Of a stretch of DNA of 64,000 bases, positions 48,027 through 57,417 are shown one piece after another. Every line of letters starts with the position of its first letter. Positions within the stretch are counted from its first letter, which is position 1. Both the position numbers and the translations under genes were made by a program. Below the pieces are notes generated by a model, which saw nothing but the letters and a program-made list of their open reading frames with translations, did no database searches and was not told where the DNA came from. This DNA comes from Bacteroidales bacterium. GTDB lineage: Bacteria; Bacteroidota; Bacteroidia; Bacteroidales; P3. Location: the NCBI GenBank assembly GCA_017962615.1, contig JAGCUZ010000067.1, positions 1,017-65,016 of the forward strand, given 5' to 3'.

Positions 48027-49199
48027 ATGCAGTTTAAAGATATTATAGGCCAACGAGTTCTAATTAATCACCTGACCGAAATTATCGATTCGGGACGCAT
48101 TGGGCATGCCCAACTGTTCCACGGTGCCAACGGCTACGGCACCCTGCCGCTGGCCATCGCCTACGCCCAGTACCTGAACTGCAGCAACAGGCAGCATTAC
48201 GAGTCGGGCGACCTAAGGGCCGACTCGTGCGGCGAGTGTCCCAGCTGCAAGAAGTACCAGGCTTTGGCGCATCCCGACCTGCACCTTTTCTTCCCCACGG
48301 CCACCAACGACCGCGTGAAGAAGGAGCCCACGTCGGCGCAGTTCGTGGCCGACTTTGTCGAGTACCTTGCCTCGTGCCGCCAGTACGCCACCCTCGAAGG
48401 TTGGATGGCGTCGATAGGCGCCGAGGACAAGAAGGGTTATATCAGTGTGCCGGACGCCAACGAGTTCATACGCCAGACGAGTCTCAAGGCCTACGAGGCG
48501 AGTCACAAGGTGTTCATAATCTGGATGGCCGAGATGATGAGGGCCGATGCCGGCGGTGCGGCGCAGAAGATGCTGAAGGTGTTGGAGGAGCCGTCGGACA
48601 ACACGGTGATTATCCTCGTGGCCGAGAACATATCGTACATGCCGCTGACCATCCTGTCGCGCACACAGAGTGTGCATGTGGGGCCCATAGAGGGTGACGC
48701 GCTGCTGCGGGCCATGGAGCCGCAGATTGCCGCCTCGGGCGACGAGGGGAAGGCGCGTGCGCTGGTGGCCGACGCACAAGGCGACTACCTGCGTGCCACG
48801 GCCAACCTGGAACGCAGCGAGCGCACGCAGCAGTTTGCAGGCCTGTTTGTCGACTGGATGCGGCAGCTGTTCAAGCTCAACATAAAGACCCTCTCGGCAT
48901 GGGTCGACCAGGTGTCGGCGATGGGTCGCGAGCAGCAGCGGCGGTTCCTGATGTACGCCCAGGAGTCGATAAGGGCCTGCTACCTGAGCAACGCGGCGGG
49001 CTACAGCATAGTGTCGGAGCTCGACTTCGGCGACGAGAAGTTTAACAAGGCATTTCCCACAATGATAACACAGCGCAACGTGGAGGCGATAGACAAGGTG
49101 TTCAGCGACACCATCTACGCCATCGACCGCAATGCGTACCACAAGATAGCTTTTATGAGTCTTTCGTTCTCAATCAGCTCGCTGCTGAGGAAACGATAA
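48027..49199 (+). CDS. holB: DNA polymerase III subunit delta'
   Basis: 390-aa ORF with RIGHAQLFHGANGYGTLPLAIAYAQYLNC, a zinc module (CGECPSCKK) and KVLEEP/ILSRTQ motifs. Confidence 0.85.
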   Translation: MQFKDIIGQRVLINHLTEIIDSGRIGHAQLFHGANGYGTLPLAIAYAQYLNCSNRQHYESGDLRADSCGECPSCKKYQALAHPDLHLFFPTATNDRVKKEPTSAQFVADFVEYLASCRQYATLEGWMASIGAEDKKGYISVPDANEFIRQTSLKAYEASHKVFIIWMAEMMRADAGGAAQKMLKVLEEPSDNTVIILVAENISYMPLTILSRTQSVHVGPIEGDALLRAMEPQIAASGDEGKARALVADAQGDYLRATANLERSERTQQFAGLFVDWMRQLFKLNIKTLSAWVDQVSAMGREQQRRFLMYAQESIRACYLSNAAGYSIVSELDFGDEKFNKAFPTMITQRNVEAIDKVFSDTIYAIDRNAYHKIAFMSLSFSISSLLRKR

Positions 49200-49334
49200 T
49201 TAGTTATAAGTTATTAGTTTTAAGTTATAAGTAGCTGACGCAACATCTATCGCATCTATCACATCTATCGTATCTATCCTATCAACATATCAACATCAAA
49301 CATATCAACATCAACATATCAACATTCATCATTC
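49197..49334 (+). repeat. Stop-codon-anchored intergenic repeat, copy 2
   Basis: Starts at the holB TAA and ends at the PSP1 ATG. It aligns with 39155-39272 and has an expanded ATCAACAT tract. Confidence 0.9.
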
Positions 49335-51047
49335 ATGGAAGAAAACAAGAATAAAACTGCCGATGCGGCCGAGCCTGTGAAGCCTGCCGCCGTGCCGGTT
49401 CCCGATATTGAAGACGACGACATAGCAACCCCCGAGGACATAGCCGCCGAGAAGGAGCGCCGTGCCCGCCTGCGTGCCGAGCGCAAGACCAAGCCTGAGG
49501 AGGAGAAACCCAGCGAATACGGCGAGTACAACCCCGAGGAGAACGCCGTGGACCCCTACCTGGAGCCCGACCCGACGATACCGTTTGTGCCCTACAAGGA
49601 ACCTATGTTCCTGAGCCGCGGCTGCAAGAAATGCCCCAAGCCCTACGAGCCTGTGTCTAGTAGCGAGACGGGAACCTGCGGCAAGATGACGGTGTGCAAC
49701 TGGATGAGCAACATACACAAGCCCAACGCGGCGCCGTTCAACATCGTTGAGGTGCGCTTCAAGAACAACCGCAAAGACTTCTTCATGCTGCCTCCAGGAC
49801 TGGAGGTAGAGGAGGGCGACGTGGTGGCCGTCGAGGGCATGCCCGGCCACGACGTGGGCATTGTGAGCCTCACCGGCGAGCTGTGCCGCATGCAGATGAA
49901 GAACAAGAAGGTGAAGCCCGACAGCGTGAAGCGGCTCTTCCGTCGCGCCAAGTCGTCGGACATAGAGCGCTGGATGGAGGCCGTGCGCGACGAGCACGAG
50001 GCACTGCTGCGCACGCGTCGTATTTCGGAAGACCTTGGTCTGGTGATGAAGGTTAACGACGTTGAATACCAAGGTGACCACAGCAAAGCCATATTCTACT
50101 ACACGGCCGACGACCGTGTGGACTTCCGCACCCTTATCAAAGTCCTCGCCGAGGAGTTCAAGGTGCGTGTGGAGATGAAGCAGATAGGCGTGCGCCAGGA
50201 GGCCGGCAAGGTGGGTGGCATAGGCACCTGCGGGCGCGAGCTGTGCTGCAGCACATGGCTCACCAACTTCCAGTCGGTGACCACGGGCGTGGCCAAGACG
50301 CAGCAGATACTGCCCAACCCGCAGAAACTGGCAGGCCAGTGCGGCAAGCTGAAATGCTGCCTCAACTTCGAGTACGAGGTGTACGCCGACGCGCTGAAGC
50401 AGTTCCCGCCAGCGCACACGCCCATACGCTTCCAGAAAGGGCTCGCCATGTACAAGAAGACCGACGTGTTGCGCGGCATCATGTGGTACGCCTACGAAGG
50501 CGAGAACGAGCTCTACGCCATCACCGCCGAGAACGTGAAGAAGATTATCGAGATGAACAAGAACCAGCAGTATCCCGAGAAGCTCGAGGACTATCAGGTG
50601 GAACTCATGTCGACCTCGGCACTGGCACAAGAGACCACCAACGCGGAGTTCGAGCAAGAGCTCAAGAGGCTGGTGGACAGCGGCAATGGTGTGGTTAACG
50701 AGAATGAGAAACCACAGCGCACCGAGCAACGCACTGAGCAGCGCGAGGACCGTCGCGACAAGGGCGACCGTCGCAACGGCGACAACCGTCAGCGCCGCGA
50801 CAACAATAATGGCAACGGTGGTGACCGTCAGCGTCGTGACAACGGTGGTGACCAACAGCGTCGCGACAACAACCGCGATAATGGCGGCAACCGTCAGCGC
50901 CGCGACAATGGCGGCGACCAGCAGCGTCGCGACAACAACCGCGACAATGGTGGCGGCGACCGTCAGAGAAGAGACAACAACGGCGACAACCCGAGGCGCG
51001 ACGACGCACGCCGTCGCAGTGCCGGACGCAACAACCGCGAGCATTAA
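49335..51047 (+). CDS. PSP1 domain protein (YaaT/RicT-like) with an acidic N-terminal extension and an R/D/N/G-rich repetitive tail
   Basis: The core IVEVRFKNNRKDFFMLPPGLEVEEGDVVAVEGMPGHDVGIVSLTGE... is PSP1-like. The last ~100 aa are DRQRRDNGGDQQRRDNNRDNGG-type repeats. Confidence 0.85.
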   Translation: MEENKNKTADAAEPVKPAAVPVPDIEDDDIATPEDIAAEKERRARLRAERKTKPEEEKPSEYGEYNPEENAVDPYLEPDPTIPFVPYKEPMFLSRGCKKCPKPYEPVSSSETGTCGKMTVCNWMSNIHKPNAAPFNIVEVRFKNNRKDFFMLPPGLEVEEGDVVAVEGMPGHDVGIVSLTGELCRMQMKNKKVKPDSVKRLFRRAKSSDIERWMEAVRDEHEALLRTRRISEDLGLVMKVNDVEYQGDHSKAIFYYTADDRVDFRTLIKVLAEEFKVRVEMKQIGVRQEAGKVGGIGTCGRELCCSTWLTNFQSVTTGVAKTQQILPNPQKLAGQCGKLKCCLNFEYEVYADALKQFPPAHTPIRFQKGLAMYKKTDVLRGIMWYAYEGENELYAITAENVKKIIEMNKNQQYPEKLEDYQVELMSTSALAQETTNAEFEQELKRLVDSGNGVVNENEKPQRTEQRTEQREDRRDKGDRRNGDNRQRRDNNNGNGGDRQRRDNGGDQQRRDNNRDNGGNRQRRDNGGDQQRRDNNRDNGGGDRQRRDNNGDNPRRDDARRRSAGRNNREH

Positions 51048-51060
51048 ACCCAACAGCGAC

Positions 51061-51534
51061 ATGAGAGGAAAGCACAGAGTACTTATCGTTGCCGCTGCGG
51101 TGGCCATGCTCGTAAGCGGATGCCGCAACAACGTGTTCTACAGCCACAGCGAGAGCGTGGACGACCGCGGGTGGAGCCTCGACGACAGCCGCAACTTCCA
51201 CATCGACATAACCGACACCACGCAGCTGTACGACTTCTACGTTGACCTGCGCGTCACCAACCAGTATCCCTATTCCAACTTCTTCTTCTTTATCACCACG
51301 CAGCACCCCGACGGGGCGCTGTCGTCGGACACGCTGGAATGCCCGCTGGCCGCTCCCGACGGCAGCTGGCTGGGCCGCTCGTCGGGCCGCTTCGTAAGCA
51401 ACCGCTACTACTTCCGCAAGAACGTGCGGTTCCCGCAGCAGGGCGTGTACCAGTTCAGCGTGATACACGGCATGCGCGACAGCGCGATAACGGGAGTGCA
51501 CGACATAGGGTTCCACATAGAGTATGCTGAATAG
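51061..51534 (+). CDS. gldH: Gliding-motility/T9SS-associated lipoprotein GldH
   Basis: Start chosen at MRGKHRVLIVAAAVAMLVSGC, which has a lipobox. The 157-aa size and the sequence (WSLDDSRNFHIDITDTTQLYDFYVDLRVTNQYPYSNFFFFI...) fit my recollection of the GldH family. Confidence 0.75.
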   Translation: MRGKHRVLIVAAAVAMLVSGCRNNVFYSHSESVDDRGWSLDDSRNFHIDITDTTQLYDFYVDLRVTNQYPYSNFFFFITTQHPDGALSSDTLECPLAAPDGSWLGRSSGRFVSNRYYFRKNVRFPQQGVYQFSVIHGMRDSAITGVHDIGFHIEYAE

Positions 51535-51574
51535 CCTGTAACAGAATGAAACATAACGATTAAAAATACAACCA

Positions 51575-54502
51575 ATGAAACAGAGATTCAAACTAATTGC
51601 ATGTTTTGTCGCCATGGCGTTCCTCACGGTAGGGGGACTGTCGGCGCAGAAGAAGTATCAGTACAAGACCTACCCCAACGACCCGCTGGGCGTGCGTGAG
51701 TACACGCTGGACAACGGCCTGAAGGTGTTTATGAGCGTGTACAAGGATGCACCCAAGGTGCAGACCTACATCGCCGTGCGTGCAGGCTCGCGCAATGACC
51801 CGCACGAGACCACAGGCCTGGCTCACTACCTGGAGCACATGATGTTCAAGGGCACACAGCGCCTCGGCACCACCGACTGGGAGAAGGAGAAAGTGCTTAT
51901 CCAGAAGATTGAAGACCTCTTCGAGGCATACCGCATGTTTGACGACGCCACCACCCGCGCCGCCATCTACCACATGATTGACAGCCTGAGCTACGAGGCC
52001 TCCAAGCTGGCCATCGCCAACGAGTACGACAAGGCCATGACGGCCATCGGCTCGACGGGTACCAACGCCTTCACCAGCAACGACTACACGATGTATGTGG
52101 AGAACATCCCCAATAACCAGATAGAGACCTGGTGCGAGATACAGGCCGACCGCTTCCGCAACCTCGTGTTGCGCCTGTTCCACACCGAGCTGGAGACCAT
52201 CTACGAGGAGAAGAACATGAGCCTCACCAAGGACGGTCGCAAGGCCAACGAGGCTATGTTTGCTGCCCTCTTCCCCCACCATCCCTACGGCAACCAGACC
52301 ACCCTGGGCAGCCAGGAGCACCTGAAGAACCCGTCGATGCGCAACATACGCAACTTCGTGGCTACCTACTATGTGCCCAACAACATCTGCATCAGCATGG
52401 CCGGCGACTTCGACCCCGACGAGGCTATAAAGATTATCGACAAATACTGGGGCGACATGCAGCCGGGCAACGTGCCGGAGCTGAAGTTTGAGCGCGAGAA
52501 ACCCATCACCAGCGTCATCACCAAGACCGTCACCGGCCTCGACGCCGAGAACACCATCCGCGCCTACCGCCTCGACAACGGCAACGGCAGTCGCGACGCC
52601 ATGCTGGCCGACCTGCTGGAGAGCGTACTCAACAACGGCAAGTGCGGTCTGCTCGACCTCAACGTGAACCAGAAACAGCGCTGCATGGGCGCTTATGCCG
52701 GCTGCTATATACTGAACGACTACGGCGCATTCATGTTCGGCGGTCAGCCAGTCAAGGGTCAGACGCTCGAGCAGGTGCAGGCGCTCTTCGACGAGCAGAT
52801 AGCCCTTGTGAAGCAGGGCAAGTTCGACGACTGGATTCTCGAAGCAACCATCAACAACAAGAAGCTGGCCATCATGAAACGCGCCGAGAGCAACAACAGC
52901 CGTGCCAGCCAGATGGCTTACGCCTTCGTGGAGCACCGCTCGTGGGGCGATGTGTGCAACGAACTCGACGAGCTTTCGAAGATTACCAAGAAGGACATCG
53001 TCGACTTCGCCAACCGCCTCTTCAAGGATAACAACTACGTCATCGTCAACAAGCTGCAGGGCGAGCCCGAGCCTATACTGAAGGTGAGCAAGCCCCCCAT
53101 CACTCCCATCGAGGTGGGCCGCGACAACGAGAGCCAGTACCTGCGCGAGATAAAGGCCCGCACCGTCAAGCCCATTGAGCCGGTATTCGTCGACTTCAGC
53201 AAAGACCTCCAGAAGGGCAAGGCTGCCAACGGCGCCGAGGTGCTCTATGTGCAGAACACCGAGAACAAGACCTTCAACCTCGTGTACCGCTTCGACTTCG
53301 GCTACAACGCCGGACAGCTGGGCAAGACCCTCGACCTCGCCGCCGACGTGCTTCCGTACCTCGGCACCTCCAAGCACACCGCCGAGCAGCTTAAAGAGGA
53401 GTTCTACAAGCTGGCCTGCAACTACAGCGTCAGCATCGCCAAAGAGAATATCAACGTAAGCGTCAGCGGTCTGAGCGAGAACATGACCAAGGCCATGGCT
53501 CTGGTGGACGAGATCGTCACCGACTGTCAGCCCAACGACCAGGCCCTGCAGATGCTTGTGTCCCGCATTATCAAGAGTCGCGAGAACGCCAAGCTCAACC
53601 AGCAGCGTTGCTTCTCGGCCCTGGCCAACTACGGCATCTACGGCGACGACAGTCCCACCAAGGACATCCTCTCGGAGGCTCAGCTCAAGGCCACGACCTG
53701 CAAGCAGCTCACCGACGCCATGCACCAGCTCTTCCACTACAAACACCGCGTCCTCTACTACGGTCCCGAGGCCCTCAAGGACGTGACAGGTATAGTGGGT
53801 CCGGCCAGCCACAAGATGACCCTGAAGGCCCCGGCCAACAAGAAAATCACGCCTAAGGCCGCCAACGAGAACATCGTCTACTTCGTCGACTACAACGCCA
53901 ACCAGACCTATATGCGCGAGCATTTCCGCGGCGAGAAGTTCAACACCAAGAACGAGGCTGTTATGGACATCTTCAACGAGTACTTTGGTGGCTCGATGAA
54001 CGCCATCGTCTTCCAGGAGATGCGCGAGAAACGCTCGCTGGCCTACAGCGCCCAGAGCCGCTACGTCACCCCGAGCGACAAGGACGGCTACTTTATCAAC
54101 GCCGCCATCATCGCCACGCAGAACGACAAGCTTATCGACGCCATGACCGCCTTCAACGAGCTCTTCGACCAGATGCCCGTGGCCGAGGCCAACTTCAAGA
54201 TGGCCAAGGAGGCCGAGATCAGCGGCATCCGCACCACGCGTACCACCAAGTTCGGCATCATCAACAGCTACCTTTACTACGAGCGCATGGGCTTCGACAC
54301 CAAGAAGAGCCACGGCAGGATGCTCTTCGAGGCCTATCCCAATGTTACGATGCAGGATGTCATCAACTTCAACCACAAGTACATAAAAGGCCAGAAGAAG
54401 GTCTATATGTGCCTTGGTAAGGAGGCCGACATGGACTTCAACGCCCTCGCCAAGTTCGGCAAGGTGAAGAAACTCACCCTCAACGACATCTTCGGATACT
54501 AA
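51575..54502 (+). CDS. Peptidase M16 (insulinase/pitrilysin) family protein, secreted
   Basis: 975-aa ORF with a signal peptide and the inverted zinc motif HYLEHMMFKGT (HxxEH). Confidence 0.9.
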   Translation: MKQRFKLIACFVAMAFLTVGGLSAQKKYQYKTYPNDPLGVREYTLDNGLKVFMSVYKDAPKVQTYIAVRAGSRNDPHETTGLAHYLEHMMFKGTQRLGTTDWEKEKVLIQKIEDLFEAYRMFDDATTRAAIYHMIDSLSYEASKLAIANEYDKAMTAIGSTGTNAFTSNDYTMYVENIPNNQIETWCEIQADRFRNLVLRLFHTELETIYEEKNMSLTKDGRKANEAMFAALFPHHPYGNQTTLGSQEHLKNPSMRNIRNFVATYYVPNNICISMAGDFDPDEAIKIIDKYWGDMQPGNVPELKFEREKPITSVITKTVTGLDAENTIRAYRLDNGNGSRDAMLADLLESVLNNGKCGLLDLNVNQKQRCMGAYAGCYILNDYGAFMFGGQPVKGQTLEQVQALFDEQIALVKQGKFDDWILEATINNKKLAIMKRAESNNSRASQMAYAFVEHRSWGDVCNELDELSKITKKDIVDFANRLFKDNNYVIVNKLQGEPEPILKVSKPPITPIEVGRDNESQYLREIKARTVKPIEPVFVDFSKDLQKGKAANGAEVLYVQNTENKTFNLVYRFDFGYNAGQLGKTLDLAADVLPYLGTSKHTAEQLKEEFYKLACNYSVSIAKENINVSVSGLSENMTKAMALVDEIVTDCQPNDQALQMLVSRIIKSRENAKLNQQRCFSALANYGIYGDDSPTKDILSEAQLKATTCKQLTDAMHQLFHYKHRVLYYGPEALKDVTGIVGPASHKMTLKAPANKKITPKAANENIVYFVDYNANQTYMREHFRGEKFNTKNEAVMDIFNEYFGGSMNAIVFQEMREKRSLAYSAQSRYVTPSDKDGYFINAAIIATQNDKLIDAMTAFNELFDQMPVAEANFKMAKEAEISGIRTTRTTKFGIINSYLYYERMGFDTKKSHGRMLFEAYPNVTMQDVINFNHKYIKGQKKVYMCLGKEADMDFNALAKFGKVKKLTLNDIFGY

Positions 54503-54537
54503 TCGTATCAGAGGGTATCAAGTAAGTTATTAGAAAC

Positions 54538-54583
54538 GTGCCCCGAAAGTTATTTAACCAACTTTCGGGGCACTTTATATTTG
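54538..54583 (+). terminator. Rho-independent terminator
   Basis: Perfect 13-bp stem: GTGCCCCGAAAGT (54538-54550) pairs with ACTTTCGGGGCAC (54561-54573). TTTATATTTG follows. Confidence 0.7.
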
Positions 54584-54729
54584 TCTCCGTTTCAAGCTTG
54601 ACGGGAATGATTGTCATCAAAGTCACGGTGTACCACTCGCAGTGGAGTCTACATACAGACACGTGCGGTTATGAGACACAATATTTTCCGTTGGTTGGCG
54701 TTACTGTTCTTGACAAAAGAACTAACGAG

Positions 54730-55098
54730 ATGGAGCAGATAGACACTACGGAACTCTTCCGTACCTCGCAGAGTTGGGATGGCGCGGAGCTGCCCGACTA
54801 CCCGCAGGGACGCCCCGAGCTGGTGGCCGTGAAATATGTGATTCCGCAGGGGCGGAAACTGGGGTGGCATCACCACGACGCCATGAACTGCGGCGTGCTG
54901 GTGCAAGGCGAGCTGACCATCGTCAGCCAGGACGGCACGACGAAGGTCGTCCATGCGGGCGAGGCCATCGTCGAGATGGTCGGCACCGTGCACCACGGCG
55001 AGAACCGCGGCACCGACCCCGTCGTCCTCTACATGTTCTACCTCTCGCAGAAAGACCGGCCCCTCTCCGTGCAACACCCTGAAATACCGATAAGGTAA
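54730..55098 (+). CDS. Cupin domain protein
   Basis: Start chosen at MEQIDTTELF. The protein has the cupin motifs GWHHHDAMNCGVLVQGEL and VHHGENRG. Confidence 0.7.
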   Translation: MEQIDTTELFRTSQSWDGAELPDYPQGRPELVAVKYVIPQGRKLGWHHHDAMNCGVLVQGELTIVSQDGTTKVVHAGEAIVEMVGTVHHGENRGTDPVVLYMFYLSQKDRPLSVQHPEIPIR

Positions 55099-55108
55099 AT
55101 TCCCTAAA

Positions 55109-56290
55109 ATGAATACACACAAAGTTTCCATAAAAACCATTATACTCGCCATCTGTGCATTGGTTATGTCGTCATGTTCCATAGTCAGAGGCTTGCGGAC
55201 TGACGGCAAGTATGGCCCAAATATCTTCAGCTTCGAGAAGCGCAATGTTGATACCATTGCCAATGGCGAGACTGCGTTCATCTATCCTCTTGGTAAGAGC
55301 GCCGATTGGATTGACACCATGCATTTTTACAACAAACCGCATCAGTGTAATTACACCACCTTTGGGGAGGCATTCAATGCGGAAAGCAGCACGCAGGGAA
55401 TTCTTATTATACATAATGACAGCGTCATTTACGAGCGATATTGGGGTGATTTCTCGCCAGATTGCATTGCTACCGTATTCTCGGTATCCAAGTCCATCAC
55501 GTCGCTCCTGTGCGGTATCGCGGTCGACGACGGTTATATCCGCAGCATAGACGACCCTATCACTGATTATTTGCCGGAGTTGAAGAAGAAAGACCCGATG
55601 TGGCAGAAGCTGACCATCCGACATCTTTTGGACATGAAAAGTGGGCTGGATTTCGACGATACATACGAGTTCAGATGGAAGGAATTGAAGTACCTTAACG
55701 CAATGGCCAAGTTGAATTACGGTCATGATATCATGAAGCAAATACGAGGGCTTAAGTTCCGCTGCGAGCCAGGAACAAAGCGGCGCTATGAGAGTATGAC
55801 GGCGGCTATTCTTGGAGTTGTTATCGAGCGTGCTTCGGGCAAACGCTACGCCGATTATCTCAGCGAGAAGGTATGGACTCCGCTAGGTATGGAGCATACA
55901 GCGTTGGTCAATATTGACAGTCGTAAGCATGATGTTGCCCACTCCTTTGGAGGCATCTCGACCACGGTCAGGGACCTTGCCAAGATAGGCAGCCTTTATC
56001 TCAACAACGGGATGTGGAATGGCAAGCGCATTGTGAGCGAGGATTGGATACGGCAGACTATCACATTTGATGAGTCTACTGTCGGCTACCATTTCAATTG
56101 GTACAATATCAATTATGAAGGCTTTGATAGGATACAATACTCAGGATATTATGCACTTGGCATATGCGAGCAGGTGCTATACGTCAACCCATATAAGAAT
56201 CTTGTTATGGTAAGAATCGGGTTGAACAACAACGGTTGCACAATTATTCCTGTGCTGTTTGAGCAACTGAGCGGTTCATGGCAAGAATAA
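55109..56290 (+). CDS. Serine hydrolase (beta-lactamase/class C-like, PBP4*-type) lipoprotein
   Basis: 393-aa ORF with lipoprotein signal ...LVMSSC and the SxxK motif FSVSKSITS. It is visibly AT-richer than its neighbours. Confidence 0.8.
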   Translation: MNTHKVSIKTIILAICALVMSSCSIVRGLRTDGKYGPNIFSFEKRNVDTIANGETAFIYPLGKSADWIDTMHFYNKPHQCNYTTFGEAFNAESSTQGILIIHNDSVIYERYWGDFSPDCIATVFSVSKSITSLLCGIAVDDGYIRSIDDPITDYLPELKKKDPMWQKLTIRHLLDMKSGLDFDDTYEFRWKELKYLNAMAKLNYGHDIMKQIRGLKFRCEPGTKRRYESMTAAILGVVIERASGKRYADYLSEKVWTPLGMEHTALVNIDSRKHDVAHSFGGISTTVRDLAKIGSLYLNNGMWNGKRIVSEDWIRQTITFDESTVGYHFNWYNINYEGFDRIQYSGYYALGICEQVLYVNPYKNLVMVRIGLNNNGCTIIPVLFEQLSGSWQE

Positions 56291-56298
56291 CAAACAAT

Positions 56299-56829
56299 AT
56301 GCAGAAGCAACTTATCATATACGGTAGCCGCTACGGCTCGGCTCGGCGCTATGCCGAGCGGCTGGCGGAGATGACGGGAGTTGAGGTCGTCGAATATACC
56401 GAGGCAAGCAATATCGGCGCTTACGACAGGATTGTATACATCGGTGCCCTTTATGCCGGTGGCATCACGGGTCTTGGAAAGACCGTCGGCAAGCTGACCA
56501 AGCAGCAAGAACTTATAGTGGCCACCGTAGGCCTGGCCGACCCCACTGATGCGGCGAATGTGGCCAACATCAGAGCGTCCATTAAGACCCAGATTCCGGA
56601 GCATTTCTATGACGAGAGCAGGCTCTTCCATCTTCGCGGTGCTATCGACTACAAAAAGCTTAGCCTCAAGTACCGCATGATGATGTCGCTGCTGGCCAAG
56701 AAAGTAGCCAAGATGCCCGAAGAGGAGCAGAACGCCGAAACGAGAGCAATGCTTGAGACCTACGGCAAGCAGGTGGACTTTGTGGATTTCAACTCATTGC
56801 AACCAATCGTGGATAGAATCAAACAATAA
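56299..56829 (+). CDS. Flavodoxin-domain protein (Flavodoxin_5-like)
   Basis: Start chosen at MQKQLIIYGSRYGSARRYAERLAE, which avoids overlap with the upstream stop. Confidence 0.6.
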   Translation: MQKQLIIYGSRYGSARRYAERLAEMTGVEVVEYTEASNIGAYDRIVYIGALYAGGITGLGKTVGKLTKQQELIVATVGLADPTDAANVANIRASIKTQIPEHFYDESRLFHLRGAIDYKKLSLKYRMMMSLLAKKVAKMPEEEQNAETRAMLETYGKQVDFVDFNSLQPIVDRIKQ

Positions 56830-56835
56830 TCAATC

Positions 56836-57372
56836 ATGAAACGTATCACAACAATTATCTGCGCCGTCGCGATGCTTATTGGCATGACGGCCTGCGCACA
56901 GAAGAAAACAGAAACAGTTAACACTCAAAACACTGAACCCATGAAAAAGACCCTGGTAGTTTATTTCTCGGCCACGGGCACCACCAAGGCCGCCGCACAG
57001 CAGTTGGCAAAAGAGTGCAACGCCGACCTCTATGAGATTGTCCCCGAGCAGCCCTACACCGCCGCCGACCTTGACTGGCGCGACAAGAGCTCGCGCTCCA
57101 CGCTCGAGATGAAGGACAAGTCGTCGCGCCCCGCCATCAATGGCAGCTGCGAGCGTATCGCCGACTACGACACCGTATGGATCGGCTTCCCCGTGTGGTG
57201 GTACACCGCACCCACCATCGTCAACACCTTCATCGAGGCCCACGACCTCAGCGGCAAGGTGCTCAACGTCTTCGCCACCAGCGGCGGCAGCACCGTCGAC
57301 GGCTCCTACAACGACCTCCGCAAGGCTTACCCGCAGTACACCTGGGGCGAGAGCCGCCTGATGAACAACTAA
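56836..57372 (+). CDS. Flavodoxin-like protein with a lipoprotein signal peptide
   Basis: MKRITTIICAVAMLIGMTAC is followed by TLVVYFSATGTTKAAAQ...IGFPVWWYTAPT, typical of the short flavodoxin_4 type. Confidence 0.75.
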   Translation: MKRITTIICAVAMLIGMTACAQKKTETVNTQNTEPMKKTLVVYFSATGTTKAAAQQLAKECNADLYEIVPEQPYTAADLDWRDKSSRSTLEMKDKSSRPAINGSCERIADYDTVWIGFPVWWYTAPTIVNTFIEAHDLSGKVLNVFATSGGSTVDGSYNDLRKAYPQYTWGESRLMNN

Positions 57373-57417
57373 GGCGGTACATATAGCCTCCGAGAGGGAG
57401 CAATATCGTAGGGCGAT

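Noticed and set aside
50686-51060. 282-aa ORF fusing a T/A/V-rich N-terminus to GldH.
   Set aside because: The first 125 codons are an out-of-frame reading of the PSP1 repeat tail. A proper lipoprotein signal starts at ATG 51061.
54538-54729. Upstream extensions of listed ORFs: cupin 54538-54729, barrel protein 58706-58777, hydrolase 61792-61920, lipoprotein 39517-39561.
   Set aside because: The extensions cover terminator or promoter DNA and lack signal-peptide logic. The internal ATGs give canonical signal peptides, lipoboxes or domain starts.
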